A stretch of 64,000 nucleotides of DNA from an uncultured cyanobacterium (GTDB taxonomy: Bacteria; Cyanobacteriota; Cyanobacteriia; Phormidesmidales; Phormidesmidaceae), in the NCBI GenBank assembly GCA_963793265.1, contig CAWBZI010000002.1:416001-480000 (forward strand). The letters run 5' to 3'. The notes beneath the pieces are model-generated. The model had not been told where the DNA came from, made no database searches, and saw only the letters and a program-made list of their open reading frames with translations. Positions 40,255 through 50,086 of this stretch are shown in pieces. The stretch's first letter is position 1. The number at the start of each line of letters is the position of its first letter. Position numbers and translations under genes: made by a program.

Positions 40255-41139
40255 ATGTCTGAAGACAGAACTGACTTAAGTTTTTTTCACCTGCCTGTGC
40301 TCCCGGAGCAGGTAATAGACGGATTGCAGGTAAAAGCGGGTGGGCAATATTTAGACGCGACGGTGGGCGGAGCGGGGCATAGCCTGATGATTTTAGAGGC
40401 TGCGCCGGATATAGAGCTAGTGGCGCTCGATCAGGACTTGCAGGCGATCGCAGCCGCCAAACAACGACTGACCGACTACGGTAATCGCGTCACATTCCAT
40501 CACACTAACTTCGCCCAGTTCGATCCAAAAGAAACCCGGTTCGACGGCATTTTAGCCGACATCGGCGTCAGTTCCACCCAGCTCGATCAGGCCCAGCGAG
40601 GATTTAGCTTTCGGCAAGAGGCTCCTCTAGATATGCGAATGGACGACACCCAGGAACTCACGGCTGAGGAAATCGTGAACTATTGGGACGAAAAAACGAT
40701 CGCTGACCTGATCTATGAGTACGGGGAGGAGCGCCTGAGTCGGCGGATTGCGCGGCGAATTATTGAGAAGCGGCCTTTTAGCACGACGACAGAGCTGGCT
40801 TGGGAAGTAGCCGGAGCCTATCCAGCAAAAGCCCGACACGGACGAATTCATCCGGCAACGCGAACGTTTCAAGCGCTGCGGATTGCGGTGAATGGCGAAC
40901 TGAAGGTGTTAGAGAAATTTTTGGCGGCAGCGCCGAACTGGTTAAAGCCGGAAGGGCGGCTGGCGGTTATTAGCTTTCATAGCTTAGAAGATCGGATTGT
41001 GAAGTATGCCTATCGAGGGGACGAGCGGTTGCAGATTGTGACGAAGAAGCCGTTGGTGGCGACTAGAGAGGAGGTGCAGGAGAATAAGCGATCGCGCTCT
41101 GCCAAACTCAGAGTAGCCGCTAAACGGCCAGTCGAATAA
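40255..41139 (+). CDS. rsmH: 16S rRNA m4C1402 methyltransferase
   Basis: HLPVL, DATVGGAGHS, DIGVSSTQLD..RGFSF, HPATRTFQALRI, SFHSLEDR, RSRSAKLR. Confidence 0.96.
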   Translation: MSEDRTDLSFFHLPVLPEQVIDGLQVKAGGQYLDATVGGAGHSLMILEAAPDIELVALDQDLQAIAAAKQRLTDYGNRVTFHHTNFAQFDPKETRFDGILADIGVSSTQLDQAQRGFSFRQEAPLDMRMDDTQELTAEEIVNYWDEKTIADLIYEYGEERLSRRIARRIIEKRPFSTTTELAWEVAGAYPAKARHGRIHPATRTFQALRIAVNGELKVLEKFLAAAPNWLKPEGRLAVISFHSLEDRIVKYAYRGDERLQIVTKKPLVATREEVQENKRSRSAKLRVAAKRPVE

Positions 41140-41220
41140 TTGTGATGATAGAGATTGTTGCAATCACGATTTTCCGTTTAGTGGCACAATAAAGTGCTAA
41201 ACAATTTCTCTCCCTTTGCC

Positions 41221-42570
41221 ATGAGCGAATCTCGCCGCTACCACGTCACCACCTTCGGCTGCCAAATGAATAAAGCCGACTCCGAACGCATGGCAGGCAT
41301 CCTCGAAACTATGGGGATGCAGTGGGAGGCAGACCCGTTGCAGGCGGACGTGGTGCTGTACAACACCTGCACGATTCGCGATAGCGCCGAGCAAAAGGTG
41401 TATTCGTATCTGGGCAAGCAGGCCAAACGCAAGCGTAAAAATCCCAATCTCACCCTTGTCGTCGCAGGCTGCGTGGCTCAGCAAGAAGGCGAGCAGCTTT
41501 TGCGACGGGTGCCGGAGCTGGACTTGGTGATGGGGCCACAGTATGCCAATCAGCTAGAAAGTTTGCTCTTGCAGGTGGATCAGGGCAATCAGGTCGTCGC
41601 GACTGAGCCGGTTCATATTATGGAAGATATTACTAAGCCGCGGCGCGATAGCGAGGTTACCGCCTGGGTAAACGTGATCTACGGCTGTAATGAGCGCTGC
41701 ACCTACTGCGTTGTGCCGGGCGTGCGAGGGCTAGAGCAGTCACGGACGAAAGAGGCCATTCGCGCTGAGATGGTAGAGCTGGGGCAGCAGAGCTATACGG
41801 AGGTGACGCTGCTGGGGCAAAACATTGATGCGTATGGGCGCGATTTGCCCGGTATTACGCCTGAAGGCCGACGCGAAAATACGCTCACCGACCTGCTCTA
41901 TTACGTCCACGACGTGCCGGGCATTGAGCGAATTCGCTTTGCTACTAGCCATCCGCGCTACTTTACCGAGCGACTGGTAAAAGCCTGCGCCGAGTTGCCT
42001 AAGGTGTGCGAGCACTTTCATATTCCTTTTCAGTCGGGTAATAACGACGTGCTTAAGGCGATGGGCCGGGGCTACACGCGCGAGAAGTATCAGCGCATTA
42101 TCGACACGGTGCGCCGGTATGTACCCGATGCGTCGATTAGTGCTGATGTGATTGTGGCCTTTCCCGGTGAAACAGAGGCGCAGTTTCAAGACACGCTTTC
42201 GCTGATGGAAGAGATTGTGTTTGATATGGTGAATACGGCGGCTTATTCGCCTCGGCCAGGGACGCCTGCGGCTGAGTGGGCCGAGCAGCTAGACGAGCAG
42301 GTTAAGCAGGATAGGCTGCAGCGGATCAATCATTTGGTGAACTGGCAGGCTGAGGAGCGATCGCAAAGATACAAAGGTCGCGTTGAGAGAGTCCTAGTTG
42401 AAGCGGTTAATCCTAAAGACCCGACGCAGGTAATGGGCCGCACCCGAGGTAACCGGCTGACGTTCTTTAAAGGAGACATTAGCGAGCTGAAAGGGAAGAT
42501 TGTGCCAGTGACTATCAACGAGATTCGGGCCTTTAGCCTTACAGGCGAGGCTTGCTTGGTAACTGCCTAA
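41221..42570 (+). CDS. miaB: tRNA-2-methylthio-N6-dimethylallyladenosine synthase
   Basis: TFGCQMN, NTCTIR, radical [25 protein letters not shown] domain. Confidence 0.96.
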   Translation: MSESRRYHVTTFGCQMNKADSERMAGILETMGMQWEADPLQADVVLYNTCTIRDSAEQKVYSYLGKQAKRKRKNPNLTLVVAGCVAQQEGEQLLRRVPELDLVMGPQYANQLESLLLQVDQGNQVVATEPVHIMEDITKPRRDSEVTAWVNVIYGCNERCTYCVVPGVRGLEQSRTKEAIRAEMVELGQQSYTEVTLLGQNIDAYGRDLPGITPEGRRENTLTDLLYYVHDVPGIERIRFATSHPRYFTERLVKACAELPKVCEHFHIPFQSGNNDVLKAMGRGYTREKYQRIIDTVRRYVPDASISADVIVAFPGETEAQFQDTLSLMEEIVFDMVNTAAYSPRPGTPAAEWAEQLDEQVKQDRLQRINHLVNWQAEERSQRYKGRVERVLVEAVNPKDPTQVMGRTRGNRLTFFKGDISELKGKIVPVTINEIRAFSLTGEACLVTA

Positions 42571-42642
42571 TGACCGCACAGATTTTTCTCGATGAACTTC
42601 ACGGAATAAGCGCGCTAGGGTTTGTAGATCTAACTGTCATAA

Positions 42643-42663
42643 GCCTGCAAACGTTTTGCAGGC
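42643..42663 (+). terminator. Hairpin downstream of miaB
   Basis: GCCTGCAAA-CGT-TTTGCAGGC; weak U tract. Confidence 0.45.
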
Positions 42664-42877
42664 CAACCTTTTAGCAAATAGTCTTCTCGCAAGCAACCTC
42701 CGTAAATACTTCAAACACTTTGTATAAAAACAACAGATTTGCAACCGCTGTTTGTTGCTTTTTACTGTGTTCTTTTTGAGATAGTTTAGTCACTATTGCG
42801 GAGGCCGCAAGGCTGACCGCTAGGGAATCCTTAGCTTTAATACTACCTGAGCGCCCAACTGCGTTCTACTTTTGCTG

Positions 42878-44626
42878 ATGCCATCTCTTAAGCAGCCTGC
42901 AATAGACGCTCTGACTCTTTTAGAGAGCGGTATAGAACACTGGAATCACTGGCGGTTGAGCAATCCAGACGCGCCCTGCGATTTGTCTGGACTCAACCTC
43001 AGCCAGGGTTACTTTTTTGAAGGTGACTTTAGAGGCACAAATCTTAGAAACGCAGATCTCAGGAGAGCTTGCCTGATCGGCGCTGACCTGACGGGTGCTG
43101 ATTTGACGGGCGCTGACTTAACCGGCGCTTATTTAGGTGAGGCCAATCTGAATGGCGCTAATTTAAGTAACGCTAACCTCACGAAAGCTAGTCTCGACGG
43201 CGCTGACTTACGCAATGCCAATTTGTTTGGCACTCAATTTACCGATGCTGATATCCGCACAGCGCAGCTAACACAGACCGCAGATCCGCAGGCCGACATC
43301 GTGCTGAATCTGCTCAGCCAGCATTCGCAGCAGCCAGCCGTTCAACAGAATTTTCAAGAGACTATTCAAAAATATGTTGTGAAGGCCGCGCCGAGAGTCT
43401 CTACGGCAGCTAGTAGACAGTCACTTTTGCAGCAGATGAGAGTTCATCTAAAGTCTTTACCGACTGAGGGCGCAAACGCTGAAATGCTGCGACGCCAGGC
43501 AATTCGTCAGTCAGCAATGCCGCTTTCTGTAAAATCATCTCATTCAAAAAAACTATCTCGTTCGGCTGAAAAATGGGGCAGACGGCGCGCAGATGCTCAG
43601 CTTTCATCACAGATACGACGACAACTGAGGCAGCGACGATTCTGGATTCCGGCGGCTGCGGTGAGTCTATTTGTAGCGATTGGTTTGCCGGTTGCCCTAC
43701 TCAATCTCAACTCTCAGCAGGTCATCGCGCAATCAAGAGGGTCTGCGCCGCTAGCACTATCTAAATCGCTCACGGGCTCTAGTCAGGTTTGGGCGGTGGC
43801 GACTCAAGCGCGAGCAAACGGGGCGGCCTGGATAATTGGCGGCGGCGAAGATGGCCAAATTGAAATTTGGGACGGGCAGACGGGCGAACTGTTGCGATCG
43901 CTCTCTGGTCATAGTTCAGGTGTGCGATCGCTAGCCGTCTCAGCCTCCGGGCGCTGGCTCATCAGCGGCGGCAACGATGGCCTCAAAGCCTGGCTTTTAG
44001 AAACCGGCAAACTGGCCTACAGCATTCCCGACGCTCAGTCGCCCGTGTGGTCAGTCGCGATTAGCCCGGACGAGCGCACCTTTATCAGCAGCGACTACGA
44101 GGGCACGGTTACCGCCTGGAATTTAGCGGGTGGCGAGCAGCTCTATCGCATTGATAGCGATGCGCCCGTGTGGTCAGTGGCGATCGCTCCAGACGGTCAG
44201 TCTTTTGTAGGTGGCAGCAGCGATCGTGTCGTTCGCCAGTGGGACTTAGCCTCGGGCCAACTGCTCAAGGAATTTAAAGGTCATACAGACGCCGTTCGCA
44301 CCGTTGCGATTAGCCCAGATGGCCAAACGCTCGCTAGCGGCAGTTGGGATGAAACTATTAAGCTATGGAACTTAGCGGGCGGTAACTTGCAAACGACCTT
44401 GAGCGGACATGGCGATCGCATCATCAGCCTGGCTATCAGCCCAGACGGCCAAACCCTCGCCAGCGGCAGCAACGATAGCACCGTCAAGCTCTGGGATCTA
44501 CCCACACAGCAGCTCAGCAAAACCCTAGACGATCACACTAACTGGATTTTCGATGTTGCTTTCGACCCGCAAGGTCAAACTCTGGTCAGCGGCGGCAAAG
44601 ATAAAACTGTAAAAGTGTGGCAATAA
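42878..44626 (+). CDS. Pentapeptide-repeat + TM + WD40-repeat protein
   Basis: A(D/N)LxG pentapeptides at about aa 40-130; hydrophobic WIPAAAVSLFVAIGLPVALL; about 7 WD40 repeats (GHTDAVRTVAISPDGQTLASGSWDETIKLW). Confidence 0.88.
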   Translation: MPSLKQPAIDALTLLESGIEHWNHWRLSNPDAPCDLSGLNLSQGYFFEGDFRGTNLRNADLRRACLIGADLTGADLTGADLTGAYLGEANLNGANLSNANLTKASLDGADLRNANLFGTQFTDADIRTAQLTQTADPQADIVLNLLSQHSQQPAVQQNFQETIQKYVVKAAPRVSTAASRQSLLQQMRVHLKSLPTEGANAEMLRRQAIRQSAMPLSVKSSHSKKLSRSAEKWGRRRADAQLSSQIRRQLRQRRFWIPAAAVSLFVAIGLPVALLNLNSQQVIAQSRGSAPLALSKSLTGSSQVWAVATQARANGAAWIIGGGEDGQIEIWDGQTGELLRSLSGHSSGVRSLAVSASGRWLISGGNDGLKAWLLETGKLAYSIPDAQSPVWSVAISPDERTFISSDYEGTVTAWNLAGGEQLYRIDSDAPVWSVAIAPDGQSFVGGSSDRVVRQWDLASGQLLKEFKGHTDAVRTVAISPDGQTLASGSWDETIKLWNLAGGNLQTTLSGHGDRIISLAISPDGQTLASGSNDSTVKLWDLPTQQLSKTLDDHTNWIFDVAFDPQGQTLVSGGKDKTVKVWQ

Positions 44627-44743
44627 TCACACTATCAGTATGAATCTATAATCTTTTAGGCGTCCTCTCATAAAAGACTCAGGTCGGCGGCATACTCTTT
44701 GGATATGCGCTTTATAGGCGCGCAGCTATAAAGAGGAAAAGCG

Positions 44744-46171
44744 ATGTCAGTAGAATACGACCTGGTAGTTATTGGCGGTGGTTCAGCAGGCTTAGTCGCT
44801 GCCAGCGCAGGCGCTCAAATCAACGCCAGAGTGGCCCTCATTGAAAAGCATTTACTCGGCGGCGACTGCCTGCACTACGGCTGCGTCCCTAGCAAATCGC
44901 TGATCCACGCTGCGCAGATTGCCCACAATGTCAGAACCGCCTCACGCTTTGGCATCTACACCAGCGACCCCACCGTCAAGCTTGATGAAGCGATGGGCCA
45001 TGTGAAATCGGTGGTAGACACTATTCAGATTCATGACTCGGCTGAGCGATTCGAAAAGCTGGGCGTAGATGTAATCTTCGGGGCCGGTCAGTTTGTTGAT
45101 GAAAACACTTTTGAGGTGAATGGACGCCAGCTCAAGGCTCGGGCGTTTTTAATTGCCACGGGTTCAAGACCGACTGTGCCGCCAGTTGAGGGCCTTAGAG
45201 AAGCGGGCTTTTTGACGAATGAGCAGGTTTTTAGCGTTAAGGACAGGCCCGATGCATTAGCTGTGATTGGCGCTGGGCCGATTGGCTGTGAGCTGGGCCA
45301 GTCTTTTGCCAGATTGGGCTCAGAGGTGACGCTGCTGGCGAGCCGAGACATTATTATGCCGAAAGAAGATCCTGAAGCGGCGGCGGTGGTGCAGCAGAAG
45401 ATGCAGGATGAAGGCGTACGCATTCTGTGCAACACGCGCGCTAAAAAGGTGACCGTGGTTAACGGGAGAAAGCATATTTTTACCGGCACGGAGACGATTG
45501 TTGTCGATGAGATTTTGATTGCGACGGGCCGTACGCCTAATGTGGACTCGCTGAACTTAGAGGCGGCAGGCGTTGTGTTCGATAAGCAGGGCGTTAAGGT
45601 AGACGAGAAGCTGCGGACGAGCAATAAGCGAATCTATGGGGCGGGCGATGTGATTGGTGGCTATCAGTTTACGCACGTGGCGGGTGTTGAAGCGGGCGTT
45701 GCGATGCAGAATGCGCTGATATTCCCGACGAAAAAGATTGACTATCGGGTGATTCCCTGGGCGACGTTTACTGAGCCTGAGCTGGCGCGGGTGGGTTTGA
45801 CTGAGCGGCAGGCGCGCGATCGCTACGGCGATGATGTGTTTGTACTGCGCCAGGACTTTGACGGGGTAGATCGCGCCTTAGCAGAGGCGGCTGGCTATGG
45901 CTTTGCGAAGTTCATCACGAAGGGCAATGGTGAGATTTTGGGCGCTCATATTGTCGGCCCTCACGCGGGCGAGCTGATTCATGAGGCGGTGATTGCGATG
46001 AGTCAAAACCTGAAGGTGAGCGCGCTTCAGTGTATTCATGTGTATCCGACGCTGAGTGAAATTAGCCCGAAAACGGCGCTTCAGCTCACCAAGCAAAAGT
46101 ATGCGAAAAATACGCGCTTGCAGACTATCCTTAGAAAGTTCTTCAATTGGAGACGGTCTATTGCTGGCTAG
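44744..46171 (+). CDS. Class I pyridine nucleotide-disulfide oxidoreductase (dihydrolipoamide dehydrogenase/mercuric reductase-like)
   Basis: GGGSAG, GGDCLHYGCVPSK, GAGPIG, HVYPTLSE; no C-terminal Cys-Cys pair. Confidence 0.88.
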   Translation: MSVEYDLVVIGGGSAGLVAASAGAQINARVALIEKHLLGGDCLHYGCVPSKSLIHAAQIAHNVRTASRFGIYTSDPTVKLDEAMGHVKSVVDTIQIHDSAERFEKLGVDVIFGAGQFVDENTFEVNGRQLKARAFLIATGSRPTVPPVEGLREAGFLTNEQVFSVKDRPDALAVIGAGPIGCELGQSFARLGSEVTLLASRDIIMPKEDPEAAAVVQQKMQDEGVRILCNTRAKKVTVVNGRKHIFTGTETIVVDEILIATGRTPNVDSLNLEAAGVVFDKQGVKVDEKLRTSNKRIYGAGDVIGGYQFTHVAGVEAGVAMQNALIFPTKKIDYRVIPWATFTEPELARVGLTERQARDRYGDDVFVLRQDFDGVDRALAEAAGYGFAKFITKGNGEILGAHIVGPHAGELIHEAVIAMSQNLKVSALQCIHVYPTLSEISPKTALQLTKQKYAKNTRLQTILRKFFNWRRSIAG

Positions 46172-46177
46172 GGACTG

Positions 46178-47245
46178 ATGGATAGCGCTGATGATGCTCG
46201 TGGCTCGAATGATGATTTGACCGATCGCCTGTATGGCGCGTGGCAGCAGGCGATCGCAGCCGGTAAGCTAATTAATCGGTTTGAGGCGGCAGCAGATGAT
46301 GCGGAAGGGCGATGGGTGAAAGGGGATGCGATCGCCTTCGGCATCAAACGTGAGGGCAACAAAAATGTCTACTACGCTCAAAATCTCTCTCAAGCGCGAG
46401 AAATCAAAGGCGCTGTAGAAGAGAAACAGATCGACGAACTTGGCTTTATTTGCCAGTTCAACGGCTATCGGGCGCTGCGTCCGGGCGGTCAGCTCAAGCC
46501 TTTAGGCCGACAGCCAGATATTTCTGCTGACCCTGCTCGCTGTCATTTTGCCTGTCAAAACCGCGACAGCCCGCTAAGCCTACTCAGACGCAAACCCTTA
46601 CTTCAGGTGCCTTTACAGCATTTCACCTGGCACGCCTACTACAACGCTGCCCCGATAGATCCTGACGGTCATTTTTTATGGGTGCCTGCTTCAGGGTCAG
46701 CGCTGACTCATTTTCCGCAAAGGCTCTCTTTAGCGTTTTTAGAAGATGCTTTAAGCTTATTCAGGCGGTTTAGCCGTACTTTGTTGTTCTTTAATTCGCT
46801 GCATTCTGGGGCTTCGGTGAATCATATTCACTTTCAGGCGCTGAGCTATCAGCAGCCTTTGCCGGTAGAGAGTTGGCCAGTGGAAAAGGGCGATCGCGCT
46901 GACTATGCTCTATTAAAAGGCTATCCTGCGCGGCTAATGGTATTTACTCAGGAGACGGCTGCTGCTGCTATCTTCGCCTGGATTGACCAGTTTCAGCAGC
47001 AGGGCATTCCCTTTAACCTGATGATGGTCGGGTCGCGCATTATTTTGATTCCTAGAAACATTGAGCATGAGATAGTCTCGGAGTTTCCGGGTAATGCGAT
47101 CGCTGCTCTGGGCATGTGTGGCAAGATCATCACGGTTGATAGAACGGCTTACTTGAAGGCTGATAGGGAGAGAATTGAGAAAGCGTTTGGGAAGATGGTT
47201 TGTAGCCAAAACGTCCTTCTTACGACGAGAGGTCGCGGGCCATGA
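46178..47245 (+). CDS. HIT-superfamily phosphorylase, GDP-hexose phosphorylase (VTC2/GDPGP1)-like
   Basis: QFNGYRALR, YNAAPI..GHFLWVP, FNSLHSGASVNHIHFQ, IPFNL. Confidence 0.6.
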   Translation: MDSADDARGSNDDLTDRLYGAWQQAIAAGKLINRFEAAADDAEGRWVKGDAIAFGIKREGNKNVYYAQNLSQAREIKGAVEEKQIDELGFICQFNGYRALRPGGQLKPLGRQPDISADPARCHFACQNRDSPLSLLRRKPLLQVPLQHFTWHAYYNAAPIDPDGHFLWVPASGSALTHFPQRLSLAFLEDALSLFRRFSRTLLFFNSLHSGASVNHIHFQALSYQQPLPVESWPVEKGDRADYALLKGYPARLMVFTQETAAAAIFAWIDQFQQQGIPFNLMMVGSRIILIPRNIEHEIVSEFPGNAIAALGMCGKIITVDRTAYLKADRERIEKAFGKMVCSQNVLLTTRGRGP

Positions 47246-47663
47246 ATTTGCAAACTGTTCCATAGAGCTTACCACTGAGCCCAGCGAGTTCATGTTCGAT
47301 GTCTTCTAGTCTACCAAGTTTGCTAGTCCACAATCCGCTCGGTAGCTGGCGCGCAATATGCTGTGGCTTCCCGTCTGAAGTGGCGTAAATCGCTAGCTTT
47401 TCAACATTTTCTTCTAGTTCTCCTGACTCGCACACTAAAAAACCTATTGTTTTATAAGCTTTTACGAAGGTTGTAACTGAGACTTCTCTCGGAACGCCTT
47501 CTGGCCAGTAATAATCGTCTTCTGGCAATGGTGACCACCATCGATCATCCTCTTGAATGGCCCACGCTAGGCAGTTGTAGTTTGGGGTATGTGGGCTAGT
47601 AATTTTATACTGAGTGGTTAATAGGTTCGGCCAATCTTGTTCTAGCTCAACATTGATATCCAT
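47220..47663 (-). CDS. Hypothetical protein with a Cys/His motif (DUF7689-like)
   Basis: YNCLAWA, HIARQL, WTSKLG..EDIEH. Confidence 0.6.
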   Translation of the reverse strand: MDINVELEQDWPNLLTTQYKITSPHTPNYNCLAWAIQEDDRWWSPLPEDDYYWPEGVPREVSVTTFVKAYKTIGFLVCESGELEENVEKLAIYATSDGKPQHIARQLPSGLWTSKLGRLEDIEHELAGLSGKLYGTVCKFMARDLSS

Positions 47664-48063
47664 GTTCTCTCCCCCATGCTAGCCAGGCTTCCGTCATCTT
47701 AGGTAGTCGGCCACGGTCGGCAGAAGGTATAGGACTTTCTCCTACAATGGAGCGCAGTGCCCAGAACCAATGATCAGGTTGTTCTTTGAGTTCTTGCAAA
47801 ATTAAGGGAATTGCCAAAGCGCCCATACCGATGATTTGCTGGTATGCCGTGTTTAGCACGATGTCGCTCATCAAAGATAGGTGCCTAGTTTCTTTTCGCC
47901 ATTGGTTTGCTAAAGATTGAAACTTTTGAATGTGGTCAGGTTCATTGACTTGGCTTGTGCTGAGGGCTAGAAGGCGTTCTTGAAAGAATTGGGTAGGATC
48001 TTGGCCGTTTTGTGTGATTGTCTGTATTATGTCGTCTGGAATGTCTAGGTTGATCTGGGCCAT
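47647..48063 (-). CDS. Conserved hypothetical helical protein, partner of the downstream gene
   Basis: KFQSLANQWRKET...AYQQIIGMG...LILQEL...HWFWALRSI...AWLAWG; overlaps the downstream gene by 17 nt; ATG at 48063. Confidence 0.65.
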   Translation of the reverse strand: MAQINLDIPDDIIQTITQNGQDPTQFFQERLLALSTSQVNEPDHIQKFQSLANQWRKETRHLSLMSDIVLNTAYQQIIGMGALAIPLILQELKEQPDHWFWALRSIVGESPIPSADRGRLPKMTEAWLAWGREHGYQC

Positions 48064-48125
48064 GATGTTTGGATGGATGCTATCCAAGCTGGAGAAGTGT
48101 CTAATATTTTAGCGGTTGTTGTGAT

Positions 48126-48262
48126 TTAGGTGGAAAGGCTGCTGATGGCGGAGGCGACTAGGGCTTCGGCAGTTTGCTGCTTTTTGCGGAGGGTGGTTCT
48201 AGGCGATCGCACAGTTTCCTGAGTTCATCGACTTTGGCAACGATGCGTTTCTGCTCGGCAAG
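48126..48262 (-). pseudogene. hsdS: Type I restriction specificity subunit (hsdS) C-terminal remnant
   Basis: Minus strand reads LAEQKRIVAKVDELRKLCDRLE, then after a frameshift TLRKKQQTAEALVASAISSLST*. This is the conserved HsdS helical spacer; no start or TRD is present. Confidence 0.75.
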
Positions 48263-48439
48263 CGTGACAGTAGCACTAAAGACTTAGTAAAACTTCCATA
48301 TTCAGATTGGCTCCAACCTTATCAACTTGTTCGTTAAACAGGAAACTGCTGCAAACAAGGCTGTTCGGGCAGTACAAGGCATACAAATAATATACAACGG
48401 GGATGAAGAAGGTACTTGACTCGGCGTAGCTAGAGCAGG

Positions 48440-49525
48440 TCAGTGCCTTACCAGCGCCTTATTAAGGTCTTCAAGCCATGTTTCATTGAGCCGAAAGCGG
48501 ACTAAACGTGGCTCGGTTTCAACGGTAAAAAGTGTCTCTATGTAGCTAGTACGCTCGGGAGCAATATCATTTTCTCTTTCTCTAGATAGCAATCCTTGAT
48601 TCTTGTACAGTTCAAACAGTCTTTCAGGAATATCAAACGAAAATCTAAACTTAGATCTACTATCAGGATTAGACGACACGTACCAATTACTCTCCTCTCT
48701 AGAGATGCGTATTTCATACGGTTCAGTAGAGCACGCTATTTCTTGAAGATTTGTTCTCTCGTCCGGCACCAAAAAGATAGGAAATTGCTTGGATATCATC
48801 GCGACCACGGCATTGTCGATACGTTGGGTTTTGTCGCGTATATTAGAAATACTGCCTATAAGGCTATGCCGCGCTTCAGTGCTGATGGAGCGAGGTACTA
48901 TATTCTTGATTATTCTTGTCAAAAAAACCATATGCTCGAAGCTGGTATTCCTTCTAAAATCTTCTCTAACCAGCTTTCTGAACTCACTTAAATCGATAAT
49001 TATTTTATTGTCATATTCTGCTCCGAAAAAAGCTGCATCTAACTGTCTTATCTCTTCTAATACAGGTTGTATAAATTTTGACTTTCTCAATGAAATTAGA
49101 TAGACATCCTGGGCATAGGCGTATCTTTGAGCAGGCCCTGTATAACCTTCAGCAGAAAAGAGCGCATACTGATAATGATATCTAGCCCTAGCCGGAGCGC
49201 CATTTCTAGAAGTCCAATATTCTCCAACATCCTTCAAAACACCAATAGCATTACGTACAACTGGGAGCCCTACTGGTTTATTTAGGCACTTGGCTTCAAC
49301 CAAGAGTCGTTGAGGATTTGAGAAAGGATGTGACAAGGCAAAATCTGCGATTGCATCTATTTGATGAACTCCACCTCTTCCCAGCAGTTCTAAACCTGCT
49401 TTCCCTGCCTTAATAGTAGAATCGTTTTTATCTATTTTCTCAACAACACTATAACCTGAATCTCTGAGGAGATAAAGTACAACTTCTTCAAGTAACATTC
49501 CTTTGATTTGCCCAAGTGTTGCCAT
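48440..49525 (-). CDS. Mrr-like/PD-(D/E)XK restriction endonuclease
   Basis: GMLLEE, HQIDAIA, LLVEAKC, VGLPVVR, FSAEGYT.PAQRYA; AT-rich; ATG at 49525 (MATLGQIKG). Confidence 0.75.
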   Translation of the reverse strand: MATLGQIKGMLLEEVVLYLLRDSGYSVVEKIDKNDSTIKAGKAGLELLGRGGVHQIDAIADFALSHPFSNPQRLLVEAKCLNKPVGLPVVRNAIGVLKDVGEYWTSRNGAPARARYHYQYALFSAEGYTGPAQRYAYAQDVYLISLRKSKFIQPVLEEIRQLDAAFFGAEYDNKIIIDLSEFRKLVREDFRRNTSFEHMVFLTRIIKNIVPRSISTEARHSLIGSISNIRDKTQRIDNAVVAMISKQFPIFLVPDERTNLQEIACSTEPYEIRISREESNWYVSSNPDSRSKFRFSFDIPERLFELYKNQGLLSRERENDIAPERTSYIETLFTVETEPRLVRFRLNETWLEDLNKALVRH

Positions 49526-49554
49526 ATTATTACCCGTACAAGAACAATTACCTA

Positions 49555-49968
49555 CTATAAAAGTACAGGAGTCCTGCACACTGAGATTGTGATGAAGCGT
49601 CTTTTCAATTCTTGTGGGGCAGTTGTGTATCGATTATCACTCCCAAATTCACGAATAATTTCAACTATCGCCTCTTTATTCGCATAGCCCTGCGCCTGTT
49701 GAATGCCAGCCTCTACGCTGTGACTATTGTCTTTTGCTTCAATCACCGCGATCACCTGATTCGTGTGATGAAACAGCACATAGTCAGCCCGCTTCCGCCG
49801 CTCCCACTCCGGCGTTTCGCCTCTTACAATCACCTGCCCGTCAGTAAAAGAATACTCTCGTCGAATCTGCGACTTCTTCCATCCTGCCTTGTGTAGTGCA
49901 GGCGTAATGTAGCGATCGCAAATATCAGATTCGCTCAGGTCTTTTTTCGTCGGGTCTTTTTTAGACAT
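49555..49968 (-). pseudogene. hsdR: Internally deleted type I restriction subunit R (EcoAI/EcoEI-like)
   Basis: LSESDIC.RYITPAL..AGW, RADYVL, AVIEAK, GIQQAQGYA are the HsdR N-terminal nuclease. It is joined directly to EIIREFG..NRY...QELKR, which resembles the extreme HsdR C-terminus; the helicase domains are missing. Confidence 0.8.
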
Positions 49969-50086
49969 ACATCCTAAACATAGAGCAGTCGATTTAGCGG
50001 CTACTCAAGTTAAGCACCACCAAATCACGACAGCATCGGCAATATACCGTGCGCCACAGTGCCTTTTGTAACAGCTACCAGCCCCC

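Noticed and set aside
44744..46171. Mercuric reductase merA
   Set aside because: It lacks the C-terminal vicinal cysteines, the N-terminal metal-binding domain and other mer genes.
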